Part shown: positions 8,661-18,574 of the stretch, in pieces
How positions within the stretch are numbered: the first letter of the stretch is position 1
How the letters are laid out: each line of letters opens with the position of its first letter
Assembly: GCA_965223335.1 (NCBI GenBank)
Contig: OZ244991.1
Span: 1,664,001-1,728,000, forward strand
DNA length: 64,000 bases
From: Thermodesulfobacteriota bacterium
GTDB lineage: Bacteria > Desulfobacterota_D > UBA1144 > Nemesobacterales > UBA2774
Reading direction: 5' to 3'
Position numbers and translations under genes: made by a program
Notes under the pieces: model-generated
The model's database searches: none
The model's input: only the letters and a program-made list of their open reading frames with translations
Told to the model about the DNA's origin: nothing

Positions 8661-9767
8661 ATGAACGCATCCAAGCCAGAAAACAATCGAAATACCGAAT
8701 CACTAGAGACTCTGCTGGATAGGGTAAAAAAAGAGGTGCGCGAGCTAAGTGCTTACAATGTACCCCACATCGACTGCAGTGTTAAGCTCGACGGGAACGA
8801 GAGCCCCTATGGGATGCCCAAAGAGATTGTTGAGAAAGTGGATGCTCTGCTCTCTCAAATAGAAATAAACAGGTATCCCGATGCTAACTGCACTCAGTTA
8901 AAAGAAAAATTATCTAGACTCGTAAACTTTCCTACTGATGGAATCATCTTTGGGAATGGGTCCGATGAGCTGATAGGGATGTTAATTACAACGTTCTGCG
9001 GCAGATCCGGGATTGTGACTATCCCCACACCGACTTTCTCAATGTATAGCCTTACCTCAAAAGCGCTCGGAATGAAAACCTCGGAGATCCCTCTTGATGA
9101 CAAGTTTGATCTCGATCTTGCTGCGATGCTCGAAGATATTCAAACAAACGACCCGGATTTAATATTCCTAGCAAGCCCCAATAACCCAAGCGGCAACATT
9201 TTTTCGGCGGAAAAGATTCTAGAAATCATAAAGGCTTCGGGGGGGATAGTGGTTGTAGACGAGGCTTATGCAGAGTTTGCAGGGCAAGACTTTTTATCCA
9301 GAGTCCGGGAGCATGATAACCTCATTGTGCTAAGGACGTTCTCAAAAGTAGGTTATGCTGGGATTCGTCTCGGGATGCTCTTTGCCAATGAAATCCTAGT
9401 CCATGAGATTAACAAAGTGCGCTACCCCTACAACATCAATTCGCTCAGCCAAGCCGTGGGTGCTGCAGTATTCGAGAACTACAGCTATTTGTCTGATGTA
9501 ATTGAATGCATAGTAGAGGAGAAGCAACGGGTTTTTGAATCGCTCAGAGCCATGGATGGTATAACAGCTTATAGGAGCGACGCCAACTTTATTATGTTTA
9601 AGGTAGGTGATGCCGATAAGCTCTGGTCCGACCTTGTAGAGAGCGATGTATTGATACGAAATTTCAATAAGCCCGGGCGGTTAAGTAACTGTATGCGGGT
9701 TACTATCGGGACGAAAGAGGAAAACGATAAGTTTTTAGAAGCCATAGGGAGATCTCTTCCTTCGTAA
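8661..9767 (+). CDS. hisC: Histidinol-phosphate aminotransferase
   Basis: KLDGNESP, GNGSDE, PNNPSG, DEAY, RTFSK; follows hisD. Confidence 0.95.
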   Translation: MNASKPENNRNTESLETLLDRVKKEVRELSAYNVPHIDCSVKLDGNESPYGMPKEIVEKVDALLSQIEINRYPDANCTQLKEKLSRLVNFPTDGIIFGNGSDELIGMLITTFCGRSGIVTIPTPTFSMYSLTSKALGMKTSEIPLDDKFDLDLAAMLEDIQTNDPDLIFLASPNNPSGNIFSAEKILEIIKASGGIVVVDEAYAEFAGQDFLSRVREHDNLIVLRTFSKVGYAGIRLGMLFANEILVHEINKVRYPYNINSLSQAVGAAVFENYSYLSDVIECIVEEKQRVFESLRAMDGITAYRSDANFIMFKVGDADKLWSDLVESDVLIRNFNKPGRLSNCMRVTIGTKEENDKFLEAIGRSLPS

Positions 9768-11306
9768 TAAACGTAGAGCTACATATCCCACCCAAATCAA
9801 TAGACAGAGCATCGGGAATAGATACCCTATTCGAGTATAAAGGGTCTTGTTGCCATTCATTAGAGCTACTTCACCCACAAGATTGGTCCGAGTGAATATA
9901 TCCGTTTTTTCGACTACCCGACCCAATGGGTCAATTATGGCGCTAATGCCTGTATTAGTGGAGCGTATAAGGTAGCGTCTGTTCTCTATCGCACGCGGTA
10001 TCGAGATCAATAGATGCTGGTAAGGGGCTATAGTTTTTCCGAACCAGGCATCGTTTGTAATGTTTACAATTAAATTAGCATCTTGATCCACAAACATTCT
10101 GCTATACGACGGTATTATATCCTCGTAGCATATGATGGGTGCTATCCTGAGGCCCAGTTCCTCTATCACAAACTGATTTAGCTCGCTGCCGGGTGTAAAA
10201 TCCCCCGATGCGGGGCTTATCTTCTTTAATGATGGGACATATTTGGTGAAGGGCAGATATTCACCGAACAGTAGGAGCTCTATTTTATGGTACCGTCCCA
10301 TTATCTCGCCGTATGAATCGGTTAAAAAGGCTGTGTTATATTTTGTCAGGTTCTCGTCAATGTATTCCGAAGTGTTGTCCTCGGGGGGCGTGTACGACAT
10401 CCCTCCCACGATGAAATACTTCCCCTCTATGTCGGGTACGGCAATCTCTTCCCTTATGCTCAGGTAGTTGGCATAAGTCGGGAACCAGGCTTGAAGAGCC
10501 GTCTCGGGCCAGATTATAAGTTCCACATCCTCCATCTCCCGAGACATCTGTTTGTGTCTTGCGGTGACTATGCTTTCATCGCTCTCGGTCTTCTCAAGGA
10601 AATCAAAGTTAGCCTGCACCAAACCCACTTTAACTTTATCGGCTTGTGCAATCTGTGCCGAGACCTGTCCGATCCTTATGTAACCGTATGCAAGAACAGA
10701 AATTATTAAAACGATACAGGTGGCGATCTCGTACACAGGCATATGCGTTCGATCTCTAAAGGCCAAAAACATCCTTAAAACCGCCACGTTTACTAACACA
10801 ATAACAAATGTGAGTCCATATACTCCCAGTAGGTCAAAAACCTGTACCAACTGCAGGTAAACGGCCTGGGAATTTGCGAGAGTGTAGGGGAAGAGAAAGG
10901 GGAAAAGATACTCGATTGATGTCCAAATCGCGGCGATCAAAATTGCAGTTAATAGTCCCAATCGGTTGTGGAGGTGTAATCTGGCACTGGCCAGTGAAAA
11001 AAGTGCCACTGCTAACCCGCCGTAGATACTCAAAAACACAATGAATATAAAGCTCACCACCAACGGGAACCCGCCGAATCTGGTTAATGTGCCGATCAGC
11101 CAATATGTCCCTATCATGTTGGATACTGCACCTGCTATAAGGCCCAGTTTGAACGCGTCCCTCCCCGATTTATTGATGAGCGCATATAAAAGGGGAACGA
11201 GCAGTACCCAGGCCAATATGCTCATGTACGGGATCATAAAAGTGACCGGATATAACACACCCGTGATTATAGAGAGGATAATGTCTGTTCGAGTGATCCT
11301 ATTCAT
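9735..11306 (-). CDS. lnt: Apolipoprotein N-acyltransferase
   Basis: Multi-TM N-terminus; IWPE, YHK...FGEYLP, ICYE, TNDAWFG, RAIE, RSTNTGIS; 3' end overlaps hisC by 33 nt. Confidence 0.95.
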   Translation of the reverse strand: MNRITRTDIILSIITGVLYPVTFMIPYMSILAWVLLVPLLYALINKSGRDAFKLGLIAGAVSNMIGTYWLIGTLTRFGGFPLVVSFIFIVFLSIYGGLAVALFSLASARLHLHNRLGLLTAILIAAIWTSIEYLFPFLFPYTLANSQAVYLQLVQVFDLLGVYGLTFVIVLVNVAVLRMFLAFRDRTHMPVYEIATCIVLIISVLAYGYIRIGQVSAQIAQADKVKVGLVQANFDFLEKTESDESIVTARHKQMSREMEDVELIIWPETALQAWFPTYANYLSIREEIAVPDIEGKYFIVGGMSYTPPEDNTSEYIDENLTKYNTAFLTDSYGEIMGRYHKIELLLFGEYLPFTKYVPSLKKISPASGDFTPGSELNQFVIEELGLRIAPIICYEDIIPSYSRMFVDQDANLIVNITNDAWFGKTIAPYQHLLISIPRAIENRRYLIRSTNTGISAIIDPLGRVVEKTDIFTRTNLVGEVALMNGNKTLYTRIGYLFPMLCLLIWVGYVALRLLRRKRSPYGF

Positions 11307-11417
11307 TGGAGACTAAATGTACCTCTGCCTAACTGCGATTAAAAGGTTAGGATTTGAAGTATAGTTAGTAAGAATTGATATTGATCTGGAGTAATTATTC
11401 TAGATACCGCTATTTAT

Positions 11418-12194
11418 TTAAGCTTTTTTGACCTCGGAAGAGGGCTTTGCTTCGGGGCGTAATGTGTAGAGTTTTATTACCCCGACTGCGATAATGGTGA
11501 TTGCCATCAGCTGTGCAATAGAGAGGTTTGGTATGGGGCTTGGTGTAGTGTTTCTGACAAATTCGATTACAAAACGCTCTAACCCTGCCAGAACTAGATA
11601 CAGTGAGAAAAGCCATCCGGTCGGTTTATCCATTTTGCGCAGTTTCCATATAAGTACGAATACTGCAAACATAATTAAAATTTCATAAATTTGAGTTGGG
11701 TGTACTGTGTCGGTGGTGGGGGGAAGTCCCCTAGGGAAGGCCACAGCCCAAGGTAGGTCCGACGGTATACCGTAGTCATCGCCCACCAGAAAACAGCCCA
11801 TCCGCCCTATCACATAACCCATGGCCAATGACGGTGTAGCGGTGTCGCCTATCTTCCAGAAATTGAGTTTATACCGCCGTCCCAGCAACCACACCAAGAG
11901 TATCGCACCTATGAAACCTCCGTAAAACGTGAGCCCGCCACGAGATAACAGGTGTGTTGCAGGGTGTCTTAGTATTTCTCCGATCGGCACGTTCTCAAAA
12001 AGGTAGAGCAGCTTGGCCCCTACGATCCCACCCACCATGGCCGCCAAAAATAGGTTGCCTATCTGTGTCTCGTCGATCCCTTTGCGCTTTGCTTCCTTTG
12101 TGATAAGCCAGTAACCGACCACAAAGCTCAGCGCCACCATCACACCAAACGATGATATGCTGAAGTTGCCTAATTTGATGAGTTCCGGATACAT
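11418..12194 (-). CDS. lgt: Prolipoprotein diacylglyceryl transferase
   Basis: GGLTFYGG, GRMGCF, HPTQIYE, RFVIEFVR. Confidence 0.93.
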   Translation of the reverse strand: MYPELIKLGNFSISSFGVMVALSFVVGYWLITKEAKRKGIDETQIGNLFLAAMVGGIVGAKLLYLFENVPIGEILRHPATHLLSRGGLTFYGGFIGAILLVWLLGRRYKLNFWKIGDTATPSLAMGYVIGRMGCFLVGDDYGIPSDLPWAVAFPRGLPPTTDTVHPTQIYEILIMFAVFVLIWKLRKMDKPTGWLFSLYLVLAGLERFVIEFVRNTTPSPIPNLSIAQLMAITIIAVGVIKLYTLRPEAKPSSEVKKA

Positions 12195-12338
12195 CTAGAT
12201 GTCCTTCGATCCGCTCGATTCTATGTTTTCGAGCTCCGACTTAGCTGATTCGCCAGAGGCAATTATAAAATATAGAAGGGTAAATACCACAGCCAAACAC
12301 ACTATCTGTATGATAAACATTACCGTGTAGTCGTCCAT
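12195..12338 (-). CDS. 47-aa single-TM small protein (below ORF-track cutoff)
   Basis: MDDYTVMFIIQIVCLAVVFTLLYFIIASGESAKSELENIESSGSKDI*; GAGAG RBS; TAG directly abuts the lgt ATG. Confidence 0.65.
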   Translation of the reverse strand: MDDYTVMFIIQIVCLAVVFTLLYFIIASGESAKSELENIESSGSKDI

Positions 12339-12433
12339 TTAACTCTCGTCCGTAAATTGCAGGTAAATTATCACGGCTACCCGCATTCAAGCAAATAGCC
12401 GTGAGTTTGATATTAAGTTTGTCTATTTAACAG

Positions 12434-13528
12434 TTATGACCCATCCGCAGCGCTTAGCTTGTTATCTATAGCAGCTTTCAGTTTAGCAACGTCTGCACCC
12501 GGGACCATCAAGCCATTAACGATGAATGTAGGTGTTGAGCGTACACCCACTGTCTGGGCTTCCTGCATCTCTTTGTCTACCCTTGCAGCTACCTCTTCCG
12601 ATTCCAGACAGGTGTTGAATGCCTGCTCGTCAAGCCCAAGGTCTTTGGCAAATGCCTTAAACTGCTCAGTAGCCGTTTCTTCTTTAATCGTGCCCTGGTT
12701 CTCGAACACTACGTCGTGGAACGCCCAGAATTGGTCGTTGCCCTGTTGATAGGCGCATAGTGATGCAATTGAAGCTCCCTTTGCCCATTTGTGTATAGTC
12801 AATGGCAATTGTTTGAACACTACCTTCACCTTGCCGTCATACTCTTTTAGGATCTCGGGCAGGATCTCTTTTCCCTTCTTGCAGAATGGGCACTGGAAAT
12901 CGGAATATTCCACTATGGTTACCACTGCGTCGTCTGCACCTTTAACCGGGATATCCTCTAGCGAGATCTTTTCCATTACCTCTTTGTGTGGGTCAATGGT
13001 GGTGTCTATTACCTGGCCACCAGGGATGATATGTTTCCCATCGGCGCTCACAATCACAGGAAAGGTTTGGCTCATGTAGTTTAGCGTGCCCTGCTTGAGC
13101 CCACTTACCTCTGCGTCCTCGAGATCACTCAATTTCGAGACTTTACCAAATATGACATATTTGCCGTCGTCGCTTACTAGTAGTGGAACCAGTGACGGGC
13201 CCCTTTGAGTGTTTACGGTCAAATTTACTGATTTAAAACCCTGGATCGGGCTAGCATAGTAGCCGTCGGCTGTTATGTTGGTGTCGGGTGGCATGTTGGC
13301 CCCGAACTGTTTTTTAATAAAACCGATTAAGTTGGTTTCCTCTTCTTTGGAAATATCGCCGGTTTTTTCCTGTGCTTGTTCACCCGCAGATGTATCGGTG
13401 TTCTTTGCACTCTGCTCCGCAGTGTCACCCTTCGCTGTGTTTTCTGTGCCCGAGTTGTCCTCTGCGGACTTACACGCAAATGAAACACAGGTAAGCACAA
13501 TCAAAACACCTGTTAAAATCTTCTTCAT
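12434..13528 (-). CDS. DsbA/BdbD-like thioredoxin-fold lipoprotein
   Basis: Lipobox-like SFAC; EYSDFQCPFC active site; GVRSTPTF cis-Pro loop; duplicated N-terminal segment. Confidence 0.88.
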   Translation of the reverse strand: MKKILTGVLIVLTCVSFACKSAEDNSGTENTAKGDTAEQSAKNTDTSAGEQAQEKTGDISKEEETNLIGFIKKQFGANMPPDTNITADGYYASPIQGFKSVNLTVNTQRGPSLVPLLVSDDGKYVIFGKVSKLSDLEDAEVSGLKQGTLNYMSQTFPVIVSADGKHIIPGGQVIDTTIDPHKEVMEKISLEDIPVKGADDAVVTIVEYSDFQCPFCKKGKEILPEILKEYDGKVKVVFKQLPLTIHKWAKGASIASLCAYQQGNDQFWAFHDVVFENQGTIKEETATEQFKAFAKDLGLDEQAFNTCLESEEVAARVDKEMQEAQTVGVRSTPTFIVNGLMVPGADVAKLKAAIDNKLSAADGS

Positions 13529-13710
13529 AGCAACTCCTCCTCAAATTAATTAAGTTTATTGTTATATTTATTTTCTATAGGGAATATTGGGAGCTTCTCA
13601 AGTTTTTGGGCAAGACCGTTTTGGCTTCTCTCTATTGATTTATAAAACTATACCTGACAACTGATAGAACTTGCAGTGTTCTTTAAAAATAGGTAAATTC
13701 ATAGTCCTAA

Positions 13711-14313
13711 ATGTTAACCACTCCTGTGTTGGTTCTCAACCGTTATTTCGTTCCTATCACAATTACTAGTGTTAAAAGGGCTTTTGTAATGCTTTACTGC
13801 GGTGTTGCAAAGGCTGTGGGTGACGATTACGAGACATTCGATTTCGAATCCTGGTCCGAGATCTCAACCTTGCTCGACCAAGAGCACGACGTCATAAAAA
13901 CGGTTAGCACGATCATTAAAACCCCCCGGGTCATTATGTTGGTCAGGTACGAAGGGTTTATCAGGAAAGAGGCTAAATTTAATCGGATCAATATTTTTAG
14001 AAGGGATGGGGGGGCGTGTCAGTACTGCCACAAGAAGTACTCGAGGGCAGAGCTCACGATCGATCATGTTGTGCCCAGGTCACAGGGTGGCAAGAGTGTG
14101 TGGGATAATGTTGTGTGCTGCTGTGTGAAATGTAACAGGAAAAAGGGCGGGCGTACCCCCGTGCAGGCGGGGATGGCGCTTAAAACCAAGCCCAAAAAAC
14201 CGCTTTGGGATCCATTCTCAAATATCTACATCAAGGCTGTTAGGTATAAAGAATGGGAACCGTTTTTAAGTTTTGTCGATATCTCTTACTGGAACGTCGA
14301 GCTCGAGCAATAG
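13711..14313 (+). CDS. HNH endonuclease (VLVLN N-terminus, McrA-like family)
   Basis: RD..CQYC, LTIDHVVPRSQGG, WDNVV..C..CN.KKG.RTP. Confidence 0.9.
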   Translation: MLTTPVLVLNRYFVPITITSVKRAFVMLYCGVAKAVGDDYETFDFESWSEISTLLDQEHDVIKTVSTIIKTPRVIMLVRYEGFIRKEAKFNRINIFRRDGGACQYCHKKYSRAELTIDHVVPRSQGGKSVWDNVVCCCVKCNRKKGGRTPVQAGMALKTKPKKPLWDPFSNIYIKAVRYKEWEPFLSFVDISYWNVELEQ

Positions 14314-14421
14314 CTCGCGAGGTGTTTTATAAATTTATCTGTTGGATTTAAGAGACTCATTCGATAGATTAATATATTATCCGTTTTCATCCTAACTAAG
14401 TTGAGTATCTGGAGGACATAA

Positions 14422-15684
14422 ATGTTAAAAAGGATTTTTATAATATTTTCATTTGCTCTTCTATCATTTTCATTAAGTTCAGGGGCACAGATTGTTTTAC
14501 CCCCTGTTTCAGGCCCGATAATAGAAAAACTGCCCATAGTCGTAACCAATCTGACCAGTGTTGGGGCAGCTGACCAAAAGGCAGACGAGTTCATAGATGT
14601 GTTTGTGAACGATCTGCGCAACGCTGCATTGTTCGAAGTAAGCACAGGCAATATCTCGGGCACGGGCAGCGATAACATTAATTTCCAGAGTTTATCGACC
14701 AGCGGGGCCGAGTACCTTGTGACCGGGCAGTACCAATCCACAGGAAGCAGGATCAAATTTGCCGTAAGACTCTTTGATGTCAAAGATGGCAAACCGATCC
14801 TGGGCCGCTCCTACGAGGCCAGCTCGGGCAGGGTGCGCGAGGCCGCCCACAGGTTTGCCAACCAGGTGATGAAGGAACTAACAGGCATTGACGGCTTCTT
14901 CACATCCAAGATCGCTTTTGTACTCGGCAGCAAAAGAAACAGGAATCTATTTTTGATGGATTACGACGGATTCAACATACGACAGCTCACCAAACACAGC
15001 TCCTTAATGATGTCGCCTCACTGTTCTCCCAACGGTCAAATGATTGTGTTTAACTCAGATAAGGTTTGGGATCAGGACCTCTACCTTATTACGCTTGGAG
15101 GGAAGGTCACCGAAAAAAGGCTCACCCGTGCATTTAAGCTCGAACAGAGCCCCGAGTGGTCCCCAAGCGGCGGTCAAATTGCTTTTAGCGCAAACGGCGA
15201 TATATATGTAGCCAGTGCCAGCGGTAAGGGTGCCAGGAACCTAACCAGGTCCCGCTCCATCGATGTGTCTCCCACATGGTCTCCCGACGGCAGCAAAATA
15301 GCGTTTGTATCGGACCGCTCCGGATCGCCTCAAATATACGTTATGAGTTTGGGCGGCGGCGGTGCAAAGCGGATCACCTCTGGAGGGTACAGCACCGACC
15401 CCTCGTGGTCACCCAGCAGCGAGGTAAACAGGATCGCATTCGTTAAGGTCGAGGGCAGTGGAGCCAACATATATACGGTCGACCCCTTTGGCGGTAGCGA
15501 GCAGAGGCTTACATCGGGGGCAGGCAGAAACGAAAACCCATCGTGGTCTCCCGACGGGCACTACATTGCGTTTAGCTCGACCCGTGACGCTGCAAAAAAC
15601 ATCTACCTGATGTATCTAAACGGCGAGAATCAGAAGCGGCTTAGCAAAGGGGGCGGCAAATCGTTCCCAACGTGGTGTAAGTAA
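14422..15684 (+). CDS. tolB: Tol-Pal beta-propeller protein TolB
   Basis: Signal peptide, AHRFAN N-terminal domain motif, MDYDG, repeated P.WSPDG..IAF (PD40) blades. Confidence 0.88.
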   Translation: MLKRIFIIFSFALLSFSLSSGAQIVLPPVSGPIIEKLPIVVTNLTSVGAADQKADEFIDVFVNDLRNAALFEVSTGNISGTGSDNINFQSLSTSGAEYLVTGQYQSTGSRIKFAVRLFDVKDGKPILGRSYEASSGRVREAAHRFANQVMKELTGIDGFFTSKIAFVLGSKRNRNLFLMDYDGFNIRQLTKHSSLMMSPHCSPNGQMIVFNSDKVWDQDLYLITLGGKVTEKRLTRAFKLEQSPEWSPSGGQIAFSANGDIYVASASGKGARNLTRSRSIDVSPTWSPDGSKIAFVSDRSGSPQIYVMSLGGGGAKRITSGGYSTDPSWSPSSEVNRIAFVKVEGSGANIYTVDPFGGSEQRLTSGAGRNENPSWSPDGHYIAFSSTRDAAKNIYLMYLNGENQKRLSKGGGKSFPTWCK

Positions 15685-15741
15685 TATACGCAAGACAATC
15701 GGCAATCGGCCATTCCTACAAAAAGTAAATAGGAGGGTAGA

Positions 15742-16278
15742 GTGAGGCTCTTTGTAGCAGCCGAGCTTAGTGGAGCGGTACGTAAATCTATCGCCGATTA
15801 TATCCACGATATAAGTCCCCTATGGGAGGGGGTGAGATGGGAGCGGGAACACAAGCTCCATATAACACTCAAGTTTTTAGGCAATGTCGAGCACTCCGTT
15901 GCAAAATCAGCCAGTGCTATAGTGGGGAATATTACAAAAGAGCACAGCGTGATGAATATGAGAAGCACGGGGCTTGGAGGGTTTCCAAATCTAAAACGGC
16001 CGCGTGTGCTCTACATAGGACTGTCAGAGAATCAGCATTTAGCCAAACTCCATAGTGATCTGGAAAACGGGTTAGAGCAAGCGGGTTTCGAAAAAGAAAA
16101 ACGCATATTCACACCCCACGTAACTATAGGAAGGGTGAAAAATAGAGCCCTTATTAAAGGCGATATAATAACTATGGATGAGGTCGAATTCGATATTACA
16201 AATATAGCAGTTGTCGAGAGCAAGCTTTCAAACAGCGGCTCCGAATATACAAATTTAGCGCAATTTAATTTGGAATAG
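15742..16278 (+). CDS. thpR: RNA 2',3'-cyclic phosphodiesterase (2H family)
   Basis: MRLFVA start, HITLKFLG and PHVTIGR 2H motifs. Confidence 0.9.
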   Translation: MRLFVAAELSGAVRKSIADYIHDISPLWEGVRWEREHKLHITLKFLGNVEHSVAKSASAIVGNITKEHSVMNMRSTGLGGFPNLKRPRVLYIGLSENQHLAKLHSDLENGLEQAGFEKEKRIFTPHVTIGRVKNRALIKGDIITMDEVEFDITNIAVVESKLSNSGSEYTNLAQFNLE

Positions 16279-16340
16279 TTGTAAAACCGAATACCTCCGT
16301 TAATCCGTATACTATATAAACACTCAGTCGAGGTAATAAT

Positions 16341-16892
16341 ATGAAAACATCCACTAAATTGGCTTTAGCCGTACTGACGATACTGGTCCTGGGCTATGTT
16401 TATACTGCTTTTATAACCCCTGTGTCTGCGGATTCCGATCCCCCCAGTTATTCAAAACACCTTGATAGTATCGATTACGATAGCGAAGACTGGAGGTCCA
16501 AGGACAGTACATACTGGAAAAAGGTGCTCACAAAAAAACAGTACGAGGTCTGCAGGCAGGGCGGCACAGAGTACCCGTTCACTGGTTACTACAATAAATT
16601 TTATGAAGATGGTGTATATAGATGCTCAAGCTGTGGAAATGAGCTATTTTCGTCCGATACAAAGTTCGATTCACGGACCGGGTGGCCGAGCTTTTGGGAT
16701 CAAATCAGCCCCGAAGCCATAGAGCTTAAGACCGACACGTCTCATGGTATGGTTCGTACAGAGATTGTGTGCGGCAGGTGCGGTGCACACCTAGGCCACG
16801 TGTTTGAGGACGGCCCCAAACCCACAGGCAAGAGGTACTGTGTTAACTCGGTTTGCCTTCTACACACCGAACCCGTCAGTGCAAAAAAGTAA
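16341..16892 (+). CDS. msrB: Methionine (R)-sulfoxide reductase with N-terminal export signal or anchor
   Basis: GTEYPF, CSSC, KFDSRTGWPSF, CGRC, HLGHVF, RYCVNS. Confidence 0.95.
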   Translation: MKTSTKLALAVLTILVLGYVYTAFITPVSADSDPPSYSKHLDSIDYDSEDWRSKDSTYWKKVLTKKQYEVCRQGGTEYPFTGYYNKFYEDGVYRCSSCGNELFSSDTKFDSRTGWPSFWDQISPEAIELKTDTSHGMVRTEIVCGRCGAHLGHVFEDGPKPTGKRYCVNSVCLLHTEPVSAKK

Positions 16893-17163
16893 TATTAACC
16901 AATCATTTTCGGGCATCTCCATATCTCTTTAAACTTTGATCTGGATAAAATAATCTTTTAGACTCGTGGCTATGGGTCATAGTACTGTCATATTGTTATT
17001 ATTTATACGCCTTATTGGAATCCAAAGAGGAATGAAATCATCTATAGCTTAAGAGTGAGGGTTGAGAATTCTGAGTTTTGCTAAATTGTGCGCAACGTAT
17101 TAATAAGTACAATTGGATTCTGTGAGATACGGTTAACAAAATCTTGAGAGAGGGTAATAAATT

Positions 17164-17808
17164 ATGCTAAAGATATATGGGTCCCCGGTTTCACCCCCTA
17201 CAAATAAGGTAAGGTTTGTGTCTAATGCACTCGGGCTCGAGCATGAGTTTGTCCGGGTCAATCTCGCCCAGGGCGAACATAAGACCGAAGATTTCCTTGC
17301 ACTCAACCCTGTCGGTAAAGTACCTGTTATACAGGATGACGATGTTGTGCTCTTTGAGAGCAATGCCATTACTAAATACCTGGCACAAAAAACAGGTTCG
17401 TCACTTTACCCCACAGACATGGTCCAGAGGGCCCATGTAGATAAGTGGATTGATTATTCATCTCTACATATAGGGAGCTGTGTAAACAGTCTTTTTTTCA
17501 ATAGAGTGTTAGCCCCGTTTTTTCAGGTAGAACCCGATCAAAGAGCGCTCGAGGAAAACCAGGGATTCCTGGAACGTTTTCTACCTGTAGTAGAGGGCCA
17601 ATTATCGAATAACAGTTTTTTATGTGGCGACAATATGACTCTCGCGGATTATAACCTCTTTGCTATTTTGGATGTAGCAGAGGTTTCTGGACTCGATTTA
17701 TCGCCCTATCCCAAGCTCGTAGCCTGGCGTAACGGTCTGCAAACAAAAGAGTTTTACACTAAATGTCATGAGAACTATGCCCAGGCATTAAAGGCGGTAA
17801 CAGGATAA
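17164..17808 (+). CDS. Glutathione S-transferase
   Basis: NPVGKVPVI, FESNAI, TLADY. Confidence 0.9.
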   Translation: MLKIYGSPVSPPTNKVRFVSNALGLEHEFVRVNLAQGEHKTEDFLALNPVGKVPVIQDDDVVLFESNAITKYLAQKTGSSLYPTDMVQRAHVDKWIDYSSLHIGSCVNSLFFNRVLAPFFQVEPDQRALEENQGFLERFLPVVEGQLSNNSFLCGDNMTLADYNLFAILDVAEVSGLDLSPYPKLVAWRNGLQTKEFYTKCHENYAQALKAVTG

Positions 17809-17848
17809 TAAAAATATAATATAAATTCTGTTTGAGTTACGGGAACAA

Positions 17849-18553
17849 ATGAGCGAAGAACTTAATTTCCAGGGTTTTAACAAAAACACATTCAAATTCT
17901 TTAAACAGCTTTCTAAGCAGAACACTAAAGACTGGTTCGATGAACACAGGGCCGATTACGAGAATAATGTACTCATACCCGCAATGGGGTTTGTCAGCGA
18001 TATGGGTGCCAAGTTAAGATCCATTACCCCTGATGTAACAGCCATCCCTAAGATCGATAAATCCATTTTCAGGCTACGCAGAGACACACGGTTTAGCAGC
18101 GATAAAACCCCATACAAAACCCACATGGGTATATTCTTTTGGGAGGGTTCGGGCAAAAAACTCGAGAACCCCGGATACTACGTCCAGCTTAATGGCCGAT
18201 CCATATTCATAGGCGTCGGGATGCATATGTTCCCCACACACCTGCTCAGAGTCTATAGAGATGCTATTGCCGATCCTAAACTCCGAAAGAAGATCGTAAA
18301 AGTTATTAAGGGAATAGAGAAAAACGATGCCTACAAAATAAGCGGCAGTCATTACAAGCGTGTCCCCAAGGGCTATGACCCCAATACTCCCAATGCGGAG
18401 CTCTTTCTGCATAACGGGCTTGCTGCATTTGGGGAATATAAAATCCCTGATTCCGCGTATTCCTCCGAGTTCATTGATTACTGTTTCGATCATTTCAAGG
18501 CGATGGCAGGCATACACAAGTGGTTACATACCATATTCTACAATAGCGATTAA
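17849..18553 (+). CDS. DUF2461 family protein
   Basis: NTKDWF, FRLRRDTRFSSDKTPYK, KRVPKGY. Confidence 0.85.
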   Translation: MSEELNFQGFNKNTFKFFKQLSKQNTKDWFDEHRADYENNVLIPAMGFVSDMGAKLRSITPDVTAIPKIDKSIFRLRRDTRFSSDKTPYKTHMGIFFWEGSGKKLENPGYYVQLNGRSIFIGVGMHMFPTHLLRVYRDAIADPKLRKKIVKVIKGIEKNDAYKISGSHYKRVPKGYDPNTPNAELFLHNGLAAFGEYKIPDSAYSSEFIDYCFDHFKAMAGIHKWLHTIFYNSD

Positions 18554-18574
18554 CAAAGGAGGATTTAATACAAA

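Noticed and set aside
13711..14313. HNH nuclease as a defence or mobile element
   Set aside because: No methyltransferase, repeats, intron context or mobility genes nearby; looks like the common stand-alone family
16281..16310. AAAC...CGTA ECF-like promoter upstream of msrB
   Set aside because: Single instance, long spacer, and it does not match TGAACC-N15-GTTAC
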